DNA of 64,000 nt, from assembly GCA_032718475.1 (NCBI GenBank), contig JAUCBJ010002904.1, positions 16,038 to 80,037 of the forward strand, in the 5' to 3' direction. The notes under the pieces are model-generated. The model was not told the origin of the DNA. It did no database searches and saw only the letters and a program-made list of their open reading frames with translations. The stretch's first letter is position 1, and every line of letters starts with the position of its first letter. The DNA is from Nemertoderma westbladi. Lineage: Eukaryota; Animalia; Xenacoelomorpha. The translations under genes and the position numbers were made by a program. Shown here piece by piece: positions 49,301 through 64,000 of this stretch.

Positions 49301-52300
49301 CCAGTCTCCCTGAATGTGATCATATCGCCAGTCTCCCTGAATATGATCATATCGCCACTCTCCCTGAATGTGATCATATCGTCAGCCTCTATGAATGTGA
49401 TCATATCGCCAGCTTTGCTGAATCAGATCCTATCACCAGTCTCCCTGAATGTGATCATATCGCCAGTCTATCTTAATGTGATCATATCGCAAGCTTTGCT
49501 GAATCAGATCATATCACCAGCTTTTTTGCTGAATCAGATCATATCGCCAGCCTCCTTGAATGAGATCATATCTCCTGCCTATCTGAATGTCATCATATCG
49601 CCAGTCTCTCTGAATGTGATCATATCACCAGCCTCTCTGAATGTGATTATATCACCAGCTTTGCTAAATCAGATCATATCGCCAGCCTCTCTGAATTTGA
49701 TCATATCGCCAGCCTCTCTGAATTTGATCATATCGCCAGCCTCTCTGAATTTGATCATATCGCCAGCCTCTCTGAATTTGATCATATCGCCAGCCTCCTT
49801 GAATGAGATCATATCGCCAGCCTCCTTGAATGTGATCATATCACCAGTGTCCCTGAATGTGATCATATCGCCAGTCTCCCTGAATGTGATCATATCGCAA
49901 GCTTTGCTGAATCAGATCATATCACCAGCTTTGCTGAATCAGATCATATCGCCAGCCTCTCTGAATTTGATCATATCGCCAGCCTCTCTGAATTTGATCA
50001 TATCGCCAGCCTCCTTGAATGAGATCATATCGCCAGTCTCCTTGAATGTGATCATATCACCAGTCTCCCTGAATGTGATCATATCACCAGCCTCTCTGAA
50101 TGTGATCATATCGCAAGCTTTGCTGAATCAGATCATATCGCCATCCTCCCTGAATCAGATCATATCACCAGTCCCCCTGAGTGTGATCATATCGTCAGTC
50201 TCCCTGAATGTGATCATATCGTCAGCCTCTATGAATGTGATTATATCGCCAGTCTCCCTGAATGTGATCATATCTCCAGCCTCCTTGAATGTGATCATAT
50301 CACCAGTCTCCCTGAATGTGATCATATCGCCAGTCTCACTGAATCAGATCATATCGCCAGCCTCCCTGAATGTGATCATATCGCCAGCCTCATCTCCAGC
50401 CTCCCTGAATGTTATCATATCACCAGTCTCCCTGAATGTGATCATATCGCCAGCTTTGCTGAATCAGATCATATCGCCAGCCTCCCTGAATCAGATCATA
50501 TCGCCGGCCTCCTTGAATGTGATTATATCGCCAGTCTCCCTGAATGTGATCATATCGCCAGTCTCCCTGAATATGATCATATCGCCACTCTCCCTTAATG
50601 TGATCATATCGCCAGCTTTGCTGAATCAGATCCTATCACCAGTCTCCCTGAATGTGATCATATCGCCAGTCTATCTTAATGTGATCATATCGCAAGCTTT
50701 GCTGAATCAGATCATATCACCAGCTTTTTTGCTGAATCAGATCATATCGCCAGCCTCCTTGAATGAGATCATATCTCCTGCCTATCTGAATGTCATCATA
50801 TCGCCAGTCTCTCTGAATGTGATCATATCACCAGCCTCTCTGAATGTGATTATATCACCAGCTTTGCTAAATCAGATCATATCGCCAGCCTCTCTGAATT
50901 TGATCATATCGCCAGCCTCTCTGAATTTGATCATATCGCCAGCCTCTCTGAATTTGATCATATCGCCAGCCTCCTTGAATGAGATCATATCGCCAGCCTC
51001 CTTGAATGTGATCATATCACCAGTGTCCCTGAATGTGATCATATCGCCAGTCTCCCTGAATGTGATCATATCGCAAGCTTTGCTGAATCAGATCATATCA
51101 CCAGCTTTGCTGAATCAGATCATATCGCCAGCCTCTCTGAATTTGATCATATCGCCAGCCTCTCTGAATTTGATCATATCGCCAGCCTCCTTGAATGAGA
51201 TCATATCGCCAGTCTCCTTGAATGTGATCATATCACCAGTCTCCCTGAATGTGATCATATCGCCAGTCTCCCTGAATGTGATCATATCGCAAGCTTTGCT
51301 GAATCAGATCATATCACCAGCTTTGCTGAATCAGATCATATCGCCAGCCTCCTTGAATGAGATCATATCTCCTGCCTCTCTGAGTGTGATCATATCTCCA
51401 GTCTCTCTGAATGTGATCATATCACCAGTCTCCCTGAATGTGATCATATCGCCAGCTTTGCTGAATCAGATCATATCGCCATCCTCCCTGAATCAGATCA
51501 TATCACCAGTCTCCCTGAATGTGATCATATCGTCAGTCTCCCTGAATGTGATCATATCGTCAGCCTCTATGAATGTGATTATATCGCCAGTCTCCCTGAA
51601 TGTGATCATATCTCCAGCCTCCCTGAATGTGGTCATATCACCAGTCTCCCTGAATGTGATCATATCGCCAGTCTCACTGAATCAGATCATATCGCCAGCC
51701 TCCCTAAATGTGATCATATCGCCAGCCTCATCTCCAGCCTCCCTGAATTTTATCATATCACCAGTCTCCCTGAATGTGATCATATCGCCAGCTTTGCTGA
51801 ATCAGATCATATCGCCAGCCTCCCTGAATCAGATCATATCGCCAGCCTCCCTGAATGTGATTATATCGCCAGTCTCCCTGAATGTGATCATATCGCCAGT
51901 CTCCCTGAATATGATCATATCGCCACTCTCCCTGAATGTGATCATATCGTCAGTCTATCTTAATGTGATCATATCGCAAGCTTTGCTGAATCAGATCACC
52001 AGCTTTTTTGCTGAATCAGATCATATCGCCAGCCTCCTTGAATGAGATCATATCTCCTGCCTCTCTGAATGTCATCATATTGCCAGTCTCTCTGAATGTG
52101 ATCATATCACCAGCCTCTCTGAATGTGATTATATCGCCAGCTTTGCTAAATCAGATCATATCGCCAGCCTCTCTGAATTTGATCATATCGCCAGCCTCTC
52201 TGATTTTGATCATATCGCCAGCCTTTCTGAATTTGATCATATCGCCAGCCTCCTTGAATGAGATCATATCGCCAGCCTCCTTGAATGTGATCATATCACC

Positions 52301-55300
52301 AGTGTCCCTGAATGTGATCATATCGCCAGTCTCCCTGAATGTGATCATATCGCAAGCTTTGCTGAATCAGATCATATCACCAGCTTTGCTGAATCAGATC
52401 ATATCGCCAGCCTCTCTGAATTTGATCATATCGCCAGCCTCTCTGAATTTGATCATATCGCCAGCCTCCTTGAATGAGATCATATCGCCAGTCTCCTTGA
52501 ATGTGATCATATCACCAGTCTCCCTGAATATGATCATATCGCAAGCTTTGCTGAATCAGATCATATCACCAGCTTTGCTGAATCAGATCATATCGCCAGC
52601 CTCCTTGAATGAGATCATATCTCCTGCCTCTCTGAGTGTGATCATATCTCCAGTCTCCCTGAATGTGATCATATCGCCAGCTTTGCTGAATCAGATCATA
52701 TCGCCATCCTCCCTGAATCAGATCATATCACCAGTCTCCCTGAATGTGATCATATCGTCAGTCTCCCTGAATGTGATCATATCGTCAGCCTCTATGAATG
52801 TGATTATATCGCCAGTCTCCCTGAATGTGATCATATCTCCAGCCTCCCTGAATGTGATCATATCACCAGTCTCCCTGAATGTGATCATATCGCCAGTCTC
52901 ACTGAATCAGATCATATCGCCAGCCTCCCTAAATGTGATCATATCGCCAGCCTCATCTCCAGCCTCCCTGAATGTTATCATATCACCAGTCTCCCTGAAT
53001 GTGATCATATCGCCAGCTTTGCTGAATCAGATCATATCGCCAGCCTCCCTGAATCAGATCACATCGCCAGCCTCCCTGAATGTGATTATATCGCCAGTCT
53101 CCCTGAATGTGATCATATCGCCAGTCTCCCTGAATATGATCATATCGCCACTCTCCCTGAATGTGATCATATCGTCAGTCTATCTTAATGTGATCATATC
53201 GCAAGCTTTGCTGAATCAGATCATATCACCAGCTTTTTTGCTGAATCAGATCATATCGCCAGCCTCCTTGAATGAGATCATATCTCCTGCCTCTCTGAGT
53301 GTGATCATATCTCCAGTCTCCCTGAATGTGATCATATCACCAGTCTCCCTGAATGTGATCATATCGCCAGCTTTGCTGAATCAGATCATATCGCCATCCT
53401 CCCTGAATCAGATCATATCACCAGTCTCCCTGAATGTGATCATATCGTCAGTCTCCCTGAATGTGATCATATCGTCAGCCTCTATGAATGTGATTATATC
53501 GCCAGTCTCCCTGAATGTGATCATATCTCCAGCTTCCCTGAATGTGATCATATCACCAGCCTCCCTGAATGTGATCATATCACCAGTCTCCCTGAATGTG
53601 ATCATATCGCCAGTCTCACTGAATCAGATCATATCGCCAGCCTCCCTAAATGTGATCATATCGCCAGCCTCATCTCCAGCCTCCCTGAATGTTATCATAT
53701 CACCAGTCTCCCTGAATGTGATCATATCGCCAGCTTTGTTGAATCAGATCATATCGCCGGCATCCCTGAATCAGATCATATCGCCAGCCTCCCTGAATGT
53801 GATTATATCGCCAGTCTCCCTGAATGTGATCATATCGCCACTCTCCCTGAATGTGATCATATCTTCAGTCTATCTTAATGTGATCATATCGCAAGCTTTG
53901 CTGAATCAGATCATATCACCAGCTTTTTTGCTGAATCAGATCATATCGCCAGCCTCCTTGGATGAGATCATATCTCCTGCCTCTCTGAATGTCATCATAT
54001 CGCCAGTCTCTCTGAATGTGATCATATCACCAGCCTCTCTGAATGTGATTATATCGCCAGCTTTGCTAAATCAGATCATATCGGCAGCCTCTCTGAATTT
54101 GATCATATCGCCAGCCTCTCTGAATTTGATCATATCGCCAGCCTCTCTGAATTTGATCATATCGCCAGCATCCTTGAATGAGATCATTTCGCCAGCCTCC
54201 TTGAATGTGATCATATCACCAGTGTCCCTGAATGTGATCATATCGCCAGTCTCCCTGAATGTGATCATATCGCAAGCTTTGCTGAATCAGATCATATCAC
54301 CAGCTTTGCTGAATCAGATCATATCGCCAGCCTCTCTGAATTTGATCATATCGCCAGCCTCTCTGAATTTGATCATATCGTCAGCCTCCTTGAATGAGAT
54401 CATATCGCCAGCCTCCTTGAATGTGATCATATCACCAGTCTCCCTGAATGTGATCATATCGCCAGTCTCCCTGAATGTGATCATATTGCAAGCTTTGCTG
54501 AATCAGATCATATCACCAGCTTTGCTGAATCAGATCATATCGCCAGCCTCCTTGAATGAGATCATATCTCCTGCCTCTCTGAATGTGATCATATTGCCAG
54601 TCTCCCTGAATGTGATCATATCGCCAGCCTCCTTGAAATTGATAATATCAACAGTCTCCCTGAATGTGATCATATCGCAAGCTTTGCTGAATCAGATCAT
54701 ATCACCAGCTTTACTGAATCAGATCATATCTCCTGCCTCTCTGAATGTGATCATATCGCCAGTCTCCCTGAATGTGATCATATCACCAGCCTCTCTGAAT
54801 GTGATCATATCGCCAGCTTTGCTGAATCAGATCATATCGCCAGCCTCTCTGAATTTGATCATATCACCAGCCTCTCTGAATGTGATCATATCACCAGTCT
54901 CTCTGAATGTGATCATATCGAAAGCTTTGCTGAATCAGATCATAATTACCAGCTTTACTGAATCAGATCATATCTCCTGCCTCTCTGAATGTGATCATAT
55001 CGCCAGTGTCCCTGAATTTGATCATATCGCCAGCATCCTTGAATGAGATCATATCGCCAGTCTCCCTGAATGTGATCATATCACCAGCCTCTCTGAATGT
55101 GATAATATCACCAGTCTCTCTGAATGTGATCATATCTCCAGCCTCTCTGAATGAGATCATATCTCCAGTCTCCCTGAATGAGATCATATCTCCAGCATCT
55201 CTGAATGTGATGATCACATCACCAGCCTACCAGAATGAGATTATATCTCCAGCCTCTCTGAATGTGATCATATCACCAGCCTCTCTGAATTTGATCATAT

Positions 55301-58300
55301 CGCCAGCCTCTCTGAATTTGATCATATCGCCAGCCTCCTTGAATGAGATCATATCGCCAGTCTCCTTGAATGTGATCATATCACCAGTGTCCCTGAATTT
55401 AATCATATCGCCAGCATCCTTGAATGAGATCATATCTCCAGTCTCCCTGAATGTGATCATATCACCAGCCTCTCTGAATGTGATAATATCACCAGTCTCT
55501 CTGAATGTGATCATATCTCCAGCCTCTCTGAATGAGATCATATCTCCAGTCTCCCTGAATGAGATCATATCTCCAGCATCTCTGAATGTGATGATCACAT
55601 CACCAGCCTACCAGAATGAGATTATATCTCCAGCCTCTCTGAATGTGATCATATCGCCAGTCTCCCTGAATGTGATCATATCGCCAGCCTCCTTGAAATT
55701 GATAATATCAACAGTCTCCCTGAATGTGATCATATCGCAAGCTTTGCTGAATCAGATCATATCACCAGCTTTACTGAATCAGATCATATCTCCTGCCTCT
55801 CTGAATGTGATCATATCGCCAGTCTCCCTGAATGTGATCATATCACCAGCCTCTCTGAATGCGATCATATCGCCAGCTTTGCTGAATCAGATCATATCGC
55901 CAGCCTCTCTGAATTTGATCATATCACCAGCCTCTCTGATATCATGTGATCATATCGCCAGTCTCCCTGAATGTGATCATATCACCAGCCTCTCTGAATG
56001 TGATAATATCACCAGTCTCTCTGAATGTGATCATATCTCCAGCCTCTCTGAATGAGATCATATCTCCAGTCTCCCTGAATGTGATCATATCACCAGCCTC
56101 TCTGAATGTGATAATATCACCAGTCTCTCTGAATGTGATCATATCTCCAGCCTCTCTGAATCAGATCATATCGCCAGCCTCTCTGAATTTGATCATATCA
56201 CCAGCCTCTCTGAATGTGATCATATCGCCAGTCTCCCTGAATGTGATCATATCACCAGCCTCTCTGAATGTGATAATATCACCAGTCTCTCTGAATGTGA
56301 TCATATCTCCTGCCTCTCTGAATGTGATCATATCGCCAGTCTCCCTGAATGTGATCATATCACCAGCCTCTCTGAATGTGATAATATCACCAGTCTCTCT
56401 GAATGTGATCATATCTCCAGCCTCTCTGAATGAGATCATATCTCCAGTCTCCCTGAATGAGATCATATCGCCAGCTTTGCTGAATCAGATCATATCGCCA
56501 GCCTCCCTGAATGTGATCATATCTCCAACCTCTCTGAATGTGATCATATCGCCAGTCTCCCTGAATATGATCATATCGCCAGCTTTGCTGAATCAGATCA
56601 TATCGCCAGCCTCCCTGAATGTGATCATATCTCCAGCCTCCCTGAATGTGATCATATCTCCTGCCTCCCTGAATGTGATCATATCTCCAGCCTCCTTGAA
56701 TGTGATCATATCTCCTGCCTCTCTGAATGTGATCATATCGCCAGTCTCCCTGAATGTGATCATATCTCCAGCCTCTCTGAGTGTGATCATATCTCCAGTC
56801 TCCCTGAATGTGATCATATCACCAGTCTCCCTGAATGTGATTATATCGCCAGCTTTGCTGAATCAGATCATGTCGCCATCCTCCATGAATCAGATCATAT
56901 CGCCAGTCTCACTGAATCAGATCATATCGCCAGCCTCCCTGAATGTGATCATATCACCAGTCTCCCTGAATGTGATCATATCGCCAGTTTTGCTGAATCA
57001 GATCATATCGCCAGCCTCCCTGAATCAGATCATATCGCCAGCCTCCCTGAATGTGATCATATCGCCAGTCTCCCTGAATGTGATCATATCGCCAGTCTCC
57101 CTGAATATGATCATATCGCCACTCTCCCTGAATGTGATCATATCGTCAGCCTCTATGAAAGTGATCATATCGCCAGCTTTGCTGAATCAGATCCTATCAC
57201 CAGTCTCCCTGAATGCGATCATATCGCCAGTCTCCCTTAATGTGATCATATCGCAAGCTTTGCTGAATCAGATCCTAGCACCAGCTTTTTTGCTAAATCA
57301 GATCATATCGCCAGCCTCCTTGAATGAGATCATATCTCCTGCCTCTCTGAATGTCATCATATCGCAGTCTCTCTGAATGTGATCATATCGCCAGCCTCTC
57401 TGAATTTGATCATATTGCCAGCCTCTCTGAATTTGATCATATCGCCAGCCTCTCTGAATTTGATCATATCGCCAGCCTCCTTGAATGAGATCATATCGCC
57501 AGCCTCTTTGAATGTGATCATATCACCAGTCCCCCTGAATGTGATCATATCGCCAGTCTCCCTGAATGTGATCATATCGCAAGCTTTGCTGAATCAGATC
57601 ATATCACCAGCTTTGCTGAATCAGATCATATCGCCAGCCTCCTTGAATGAGATCATATCTCCTGCCTCTCTGAATGTGATCATATCGCCAGTCTCCCTGA
57701 ATGTGATCATATCGCCAGCCTCCTTGAAATTGATAATATCAACAGTCTCCCTGAATGTGATCATATCGCAAGCTTTGCTGAATCACATCATATCACCAGC
57801 TTTACTGAATGAATCAGATCATATCTCCTGCCTCTCTGAATGTGATCATATCGCCAGTCTCCCTGAATGTGATCATATCGCCAGCCTCCTTGAAATTGAT
57901 AATATCAACAGTCTCCCTGAATGTGATCATATCGCAAGCTTTGCTGAATCACATCATATCACCAGCTTTACTGAATGAATCAGATCATATCTCCTGCCTC
58001 TCTGAATGTGATCATATCGCCAGTCTCCCTGAATGTGATCATATCACCAGCCTCTCTGAATGTGATCATATCGCCAGCTTTGCTGAATCAGATCATATCG
58101 CCAGCCTCTCTGAATTTGATATCACCAGCCTCTCTGAATGTGATCATATCGCCAGTCTCCCTGAATCAGATCATATCTCCTGCCTCTCTGAAGGTGATCA
58201 TATCGCCAGTCTCTCTGAATGTGATCATATCGCAAGCTTGCTGAATCAGATCATATCACCAGCTTTACTGAATCAGATCATATCTCCTGCCTCTCTGAAT

Positions 58301-61300
58301 GTGATCATATCGCCAGTCTCCCTGAATGTGATCATATTACCAGCCTCTCTGAATGGGATCATAACGCCAGCTTTGCTGAATCACATCATATCACCAGCTT
58401 TACTGAATGAATCAGATCATATCTCCTGCCTCTCTGAATGTGATCATATCGCCAGTCTCCCTGAATGTGATCATATCGCCAGCCTCCTTGAAATTGATAA
58501 TATCAACAGTCTCCCTGAATGTGATCATATCGCAAGCTTTGCTGAATCACATCATATCACCAGCTTTACTGAATGAATCAGATCATATCTCCTGCCTCTC
58601 TGAATGTGATCATATCGCCAGTCTCCCTGAATGTGATCATATCACCAGCCTCTCTGAATGTGATCATATCGCCAGCTTTGCTGAATCAGATCATATCGCC
58701 AGCCTCTCTGAATTTGATATCACCAGCCTCTCTGAATGTGATCATATCGCCAGTCTCCCTGAATCAGATCATATCTCCTGCCTCTCTGAAGGTGATCATA
58801 TCGCCAGTCTCCCTGAATGTGATCATATCGCAAGCTTTGCTGAATCAGATCATATCACCAGCTTTGCTGAATCAGATCATATCGCCAGCCTCTCTGAATT
58901 TGATATCACCAGCCTCTCTGAATGTGATCATATCGCCAGTCTCTCTGAATGTGATCATATCGCAAGCTTTGTTGAATCAGATCATATCGCCAGTCTCACT
59001 GAATCAGATCATATCGCCAGCCTCTCTGAATGTGATCATATCGCCAGCTTTGCTGAATCAGATCATATCGCCAGTCTCTCTGAATTTGATCATATCACCA
59101 GCCTCTCTGAATGTAATCATATCGCCAGTCTCTCTGAATGTGATCATATCGCAAGCTTTGCTGAATAGATCATATCACCAGCTTTACTGAATCAGATCAT
59201 ATCTCCTGCCTCTCTGAATGTGATCATATCGCCAGTCTCCCTGAATGTGATCATATCACCAGCCTCTCTGAATGGGATCATAACGCCAGCTTTGCTGAAT
59301 CAGATCATATCGCCAGCCTCTCTGAATTTGATATCACCAGCCTCTCTGAATGTGATCATATCGCCAGTCTCTCTGAATGTGATCATATCGCAAGCTTTGT
59401 TGAATCAGATCATATCGCCAGTCTCACTGAATCAGATCATATCGCCAGCCTCTCTGAATGTGATCATATCGCCAGCTTTGCTGAATCAGATCATATCGCC
59501 AGTCTCTCTGAATTTGATCATATCACCAGCCTCTCTGAATGTAATCATATCGCCAGTCTCTCTGAATGTGATCATATCGCAAGCTTTGCTGAATAGATCA
59601 TATCACCAGCTTTACTGAATCAGATCATATCTCCTGCCTCTCTGAATGTGATCATATCGCCAGTCTCCCTGAATGTGATCATATCACCAGCCTCTTTGTA
59701 TGTGATCATATCGCCAGCTTTGCTGAATCAGATCATATCGCCAGCCTCTCTGAATTTGATCATATCATCAGCCTCTCTGAATGTGATCATATCGCCAGTC
59801 TCCCTGAATGTGATCATATCACCAGTCTCTCTGAATGTGATCATATCACCAGCCTCTCCGAATAAGATCATATCGCCAGTCTCACTGAATCAAAATCATA
59901 TCGCCAGCCTCCCTGAATATGATCATATCACCAGTCTCCTTGAGTGTGATCATATCACCAACCTCTCCGAATCAGATCATATCTCTAGTCTCACTGAATC
60001 AGATCATATCGCCAACCTCCCTGAATGTGATCATATCTCCAGCCTCCCTGAATGTGATCATATCGCCAACCTCCCTGAATGTGATCATATCTCCAGCCTC
60101 CCTGAATGTGATCATATCTCTAGTCTCACTGAATCAGATCATATCGCCAACCTCCCTGAATGTGATCATATCTCCAGCCTCCCTGAATGTGATCATATCG
60201 CCAGCCTCCCAGAATATGATCATATCGCCAGCTTTGCTGAATCAGATCATTCGCCAGCCTCTCTGAATCATATCATATCGCCAGTCTCCCTGAATCAGAT
60301 CATATCACCAGTCTCGTGAATGTGATCATATCGCCAGTCTCCCTGAATCAGATCATATCACCAGTCTCTCTGAATGTGATCATATCACCAGCCTCTCCGA
60401 ATCAGATCATATCTCTAGTCTCACTGAATCAGATCATTTCGCCAGCCTCTCTGAATCAGATCATATCGCCAGTCTCCCTGAATCAGATCATATCACCAGT
60501 CTCCCTGAATGTGATCACATCACCAGCCTCTCCGAATCAGATCATATCGCCAGTCTCACTGAATCAGATCATATCGCCAGCCTCCCTGAATGTGATCATA
60601 TCTCCAGCCTCCCTGAATGTGATCATATCGCCAGCCTCCCAGAATATGATCATATCGCCAGCTTTGCTGAATCAGATCATTTCGCCAGCCTCTCTGAATC
60701 AGACCATATCGCCAGTCTCCCTGAATCAGATCATATCACCAGTCTCGTGAATGTGATCATATCTCCTGCCTCTCTGAATGTGATCATATCGCCAGTCTCC
60801 CTGAATCAGATCATATCACCAGTCTCTCTGAATGTGATCATATCACCAGCCTCTCCGAATCAGATCATATATCTAGTCTCACTGAATCAGATCATATCGC
60901 CAGCCTCCCTGAATGTGATCATATCGCCAGCCTTCCAGAATGAGATTATATCACCAGTCTCTCTGAATGTGATCATGTCGCCAGCCTCCCTGAATGTGAT
61001 CATATCGCCAGCCTCCCAGAATATGATCATATCGCCAGCTTTGCTGAATCAGATCATTTCGCCAGCCTCTCTGAATCAGATCATATCGCCAGTCTCCCTG
61101 AATCAGATCATATCACCAGTCTCGTGAATGTGATCATATCTCCTGCCTCTCTGAATGTGATCATATCGCCAGTCTCCCTGAATCAGATCATATCACCAGT
61201 CTCTCTGAATGTGATCATATCACCAGCCTCTCCGAATCAGATCATATATCTAGTCTCACTGAATCAGATCATATCGCCAGCCTCCCTGAATGGGATCATA

Positions 61301-63910
61301 TCTCCAGCCTCCCTGAATGTGATCATATCGCCAGCCTCCCAGAATATGATCATATCGCCAGCTTTGCTGAATCAGATCATTTCGCCAGCCTCTCTGAATC
61401 AGATCATATCGCCAGTCTCCCTGAATCAGATCATATCGCCAGCCTCCCAGAATATGATCATATCACCAGCTTTGCTGAATCAGATCATATCGCCAGCCTC
61501 CTTGAATGAGATCATATCTCCTGCCTCTCTGAATGTGATCATATCACCAGTCTCCCTAAATGTGATCACATCACCAGCCTCTCCGATTCAGATCATATCG
61601 CCAGTCTCACTGAATCAGATCATATCGCCAGCCTCCCTGAATGTGATCATATCGCCAGCCTTCCAGAATGAGATTATATCACCAGTCTCTCTGAATGTGA
61701 TCATATCGCCCGCCTCACTGAATGTGATCATATCACCAGCCTCCCAGAATGATATCATATCTCCAGCCGCCCTGAATGTGATCATATCGCTAGCCTCCCA
61801 GAATGAGATCATATCTCCAGCATCTCTGAATGTGATCACATCGCCAGTCTCTCTGAATGTGATCATATCGCAAGCTTTGCTGAATCAGATCATATCACCA
61901 GCTTTACTGAATCATATCATATCTCCTGCCTCTCTGAATGTGAAAATATCGCCAGTCTCTCTGAATGTGATCATATCACCAGTCTCTCTGAATGTGATCA
62001 TATCACCATCTTTACTGAATCAGATCATATCTCCTGCCTCTCTGAATTTGATCATATCATCAGCCTCTCTGAATGTTATCATATCGCCAGTCTCTCTGAA
62101 TGTGATCATATCGCAAGCTTTGCTGAATCAGATCATATCACCAGCTTTACTGAATCAGATCATATCTCCTGCCTCTCTGAATATGATCATATCGCCATCT
62201 TTGCTGAATCAGATCATATCGCCAGCCTCTCCGAATTTGATCATATCATCAGCCTCTCTGAATGTGATCAGATCGCCAGTCTCCCTGAATGTGATCATAT
62301 CGCCAGTCTCCCTGAATGTGATCATATCACCAGCCTCTCTGAATGTGATCATATCGCCAGCTTTGCTGAATCAGATCATATCGCCAGCCTCCTTGAATGA
62401 GATCATATCTCCAGCCTCCTTGAATGTGATCATATCGCCATCTTTGCTGAATCAGATCATATCGCCAGCCTCCTTGAATGAGATCATATCTCCAGCCTCC
62501 CTGAATGTGATCATATCGCCATCTTTGCTGAATCAGATCATATCGCCAGCCTCTCTGAATTTGATCATATCATCAGCCTCTCTGAATGTGATCAGATCGC
62601 CAGTCTCCCTGAATGTGATCATATCGCCAGTCTCCCTGAATGTGATCATATCACCAGCCTCTCTGAATGTGATCATATCGCCATCTTTGCTGAATCAGAT
62701 CATATCGCCAGCCTCTCTGAATTTGATCATATCATCAGCCTCTCTGAATGTGATCATATCGCCAGTCTCCCTGAATGTGATCATATCACCAGTCTCCCTG
62801 AATGTGATCATATCGCCAGCCTTCCAGAATGAGATTATATCACCAGTCTCTCTGAATGTTATCATATCGCCCGCCTCACTGAATGTGATCATATCACCAG
62901 CCTCCCAGAATGATATCATATCTCCAGCCGCCCTGAATGTGATCATATCGCTAGCCTCCCAGAATGAGATCATATCTCCAGCATCTCTGAATGTGATCAC
63001 ATCGCCAGTCTCTCTGAATGTGATCATATCGCAAGCTTTGCTGAATCAGATCATATCACCAGCTTTACTGAATCAGATCATATCTCCTGCCTCTCTGAAT
63101 GTGAAAATATCGCCAGTCTCACTGAATGTGATCATATCACCAGCCTCTCTGAATGTGATCATATCGCCAGTCTCTCTGAATGTGATCATATCGCAAGCTT
63201 TGCTGAATCAGATCATATCACCAGCTTTACTGAATCAGATCATATCTCCTGCCTCTCTGAATGTGATCATATCGCCAACTTTGCTGAATCAGATCATATC
63301 GCCAGCCTGTCTGAATTTGATCATATCATCAGCCTCTCTGAATGTGATCACATCGCCAGTCTCCCTGAATGTGATCATATCATCAGCCTCTCTGAATGTG
63401 ATCATATCGCCAGCCTCCCTGAATGTGATCATATCACCAGCCTCTCTGAATCAGATCATATCGCCAGTCTCCCTGAATCAGATCATATCACCAGTCTCTC
63501 TGAATGTGATCATATCGCCCGCCTCCCTGAATGTGATCCTATCACCAGCCTCCCAGAATGAGATCATATCTCCAACCGCCCTGAATATGATCATATCGCC
63601 AGCCTCCCAGAATGAGATCATCATATCTCCAGCCTCTCTGAATGTGATGATCATATCACCAGCCTGCCAGAATGAGATTATATCTCCAGCCTCTCTGAAT
63701 GTGATCATATCACCAGCCTCCCAGAATGAGATCATATCGCCAGCCTCTATGTATAATGATCATATCTCCAGCCTCTCTGAATCAGATCATATCGCCAGCC
63801 TCCTTGAATCAGATCATATCACCAGCCTCTCTGAATCTGATCATATCGCCAGTCTCCCTGAATGTGATCATATCACCAGCCTCTCTGAATGTGATCATAT
63901 CGCCAGCCTC
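46341..63910. repeat. 27-bp satellite array, about 17.6 kb (about 650 units), with higher-order blocks
   Basis: Consensus AATGTGATCATATCGCCAGCCTCCCTG with recurring variants and sharp boundaries at both ends. Confidence 0.98.
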
Positions 63911-64000
63911 ATTGATTGTATTGTGTATTGTATTGTATTGATCATATATGTGCCTTAATTATTCCTCGAAAATACGGATTATAAAGTCGGACAAAAAAAA

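Noticed and set aside
46261-63958. Long ORFs (up to 1183 aa) in the 27-bp array as protein-coding genes
   Set aside because: A 27-bp unit without a stop gives long ORFs automatically, and many indels break the frame. Not annotated as CDS. The synonymous bias is kept only as a testable finding.

Overview
Eukaryotic, probably invertebrate animal, repeat-dense DNA with no recognisable host gene. A decayed hAT transposase (1-161, 13257-13350, 43724-44502) is split by two complete LTR retrotransposons inserted about 100 bp apart. The first is a Mag-like Gypsy element (162-13251, TSD TAATC). It hosts a CRE-type RLE retrotransposon with Ulp1 protease and PHD domains (1250-6889, 12-bp TSD) and a MITE with a 68-bp array. 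The second is a very large BEL/Pao element on the minus strand (13351-43718, TSD CTTGA) with an extra decayed ORF encoding a WRN-like DEDDy exonuclease and Zn fingers. The BEL hosts a Penelope-like element with an N-terminal Ulp1 protease and an inverted partial copy, each ending in a variant minimal hammerhead ribozyme. It also hosts an RTE-group LINE and a 3.45-kb insertion containing a P-like MITE. The last 17.6 kb is a 27-bp satellite. Main novelty candidates are the similar Ulp1/SENP protease modules on two unrelated retroelement classes, the exonuclease ORF in a BEL element, and the U3-A8 hammerhead. All domain calls are from motif reading by eye, not database searches.
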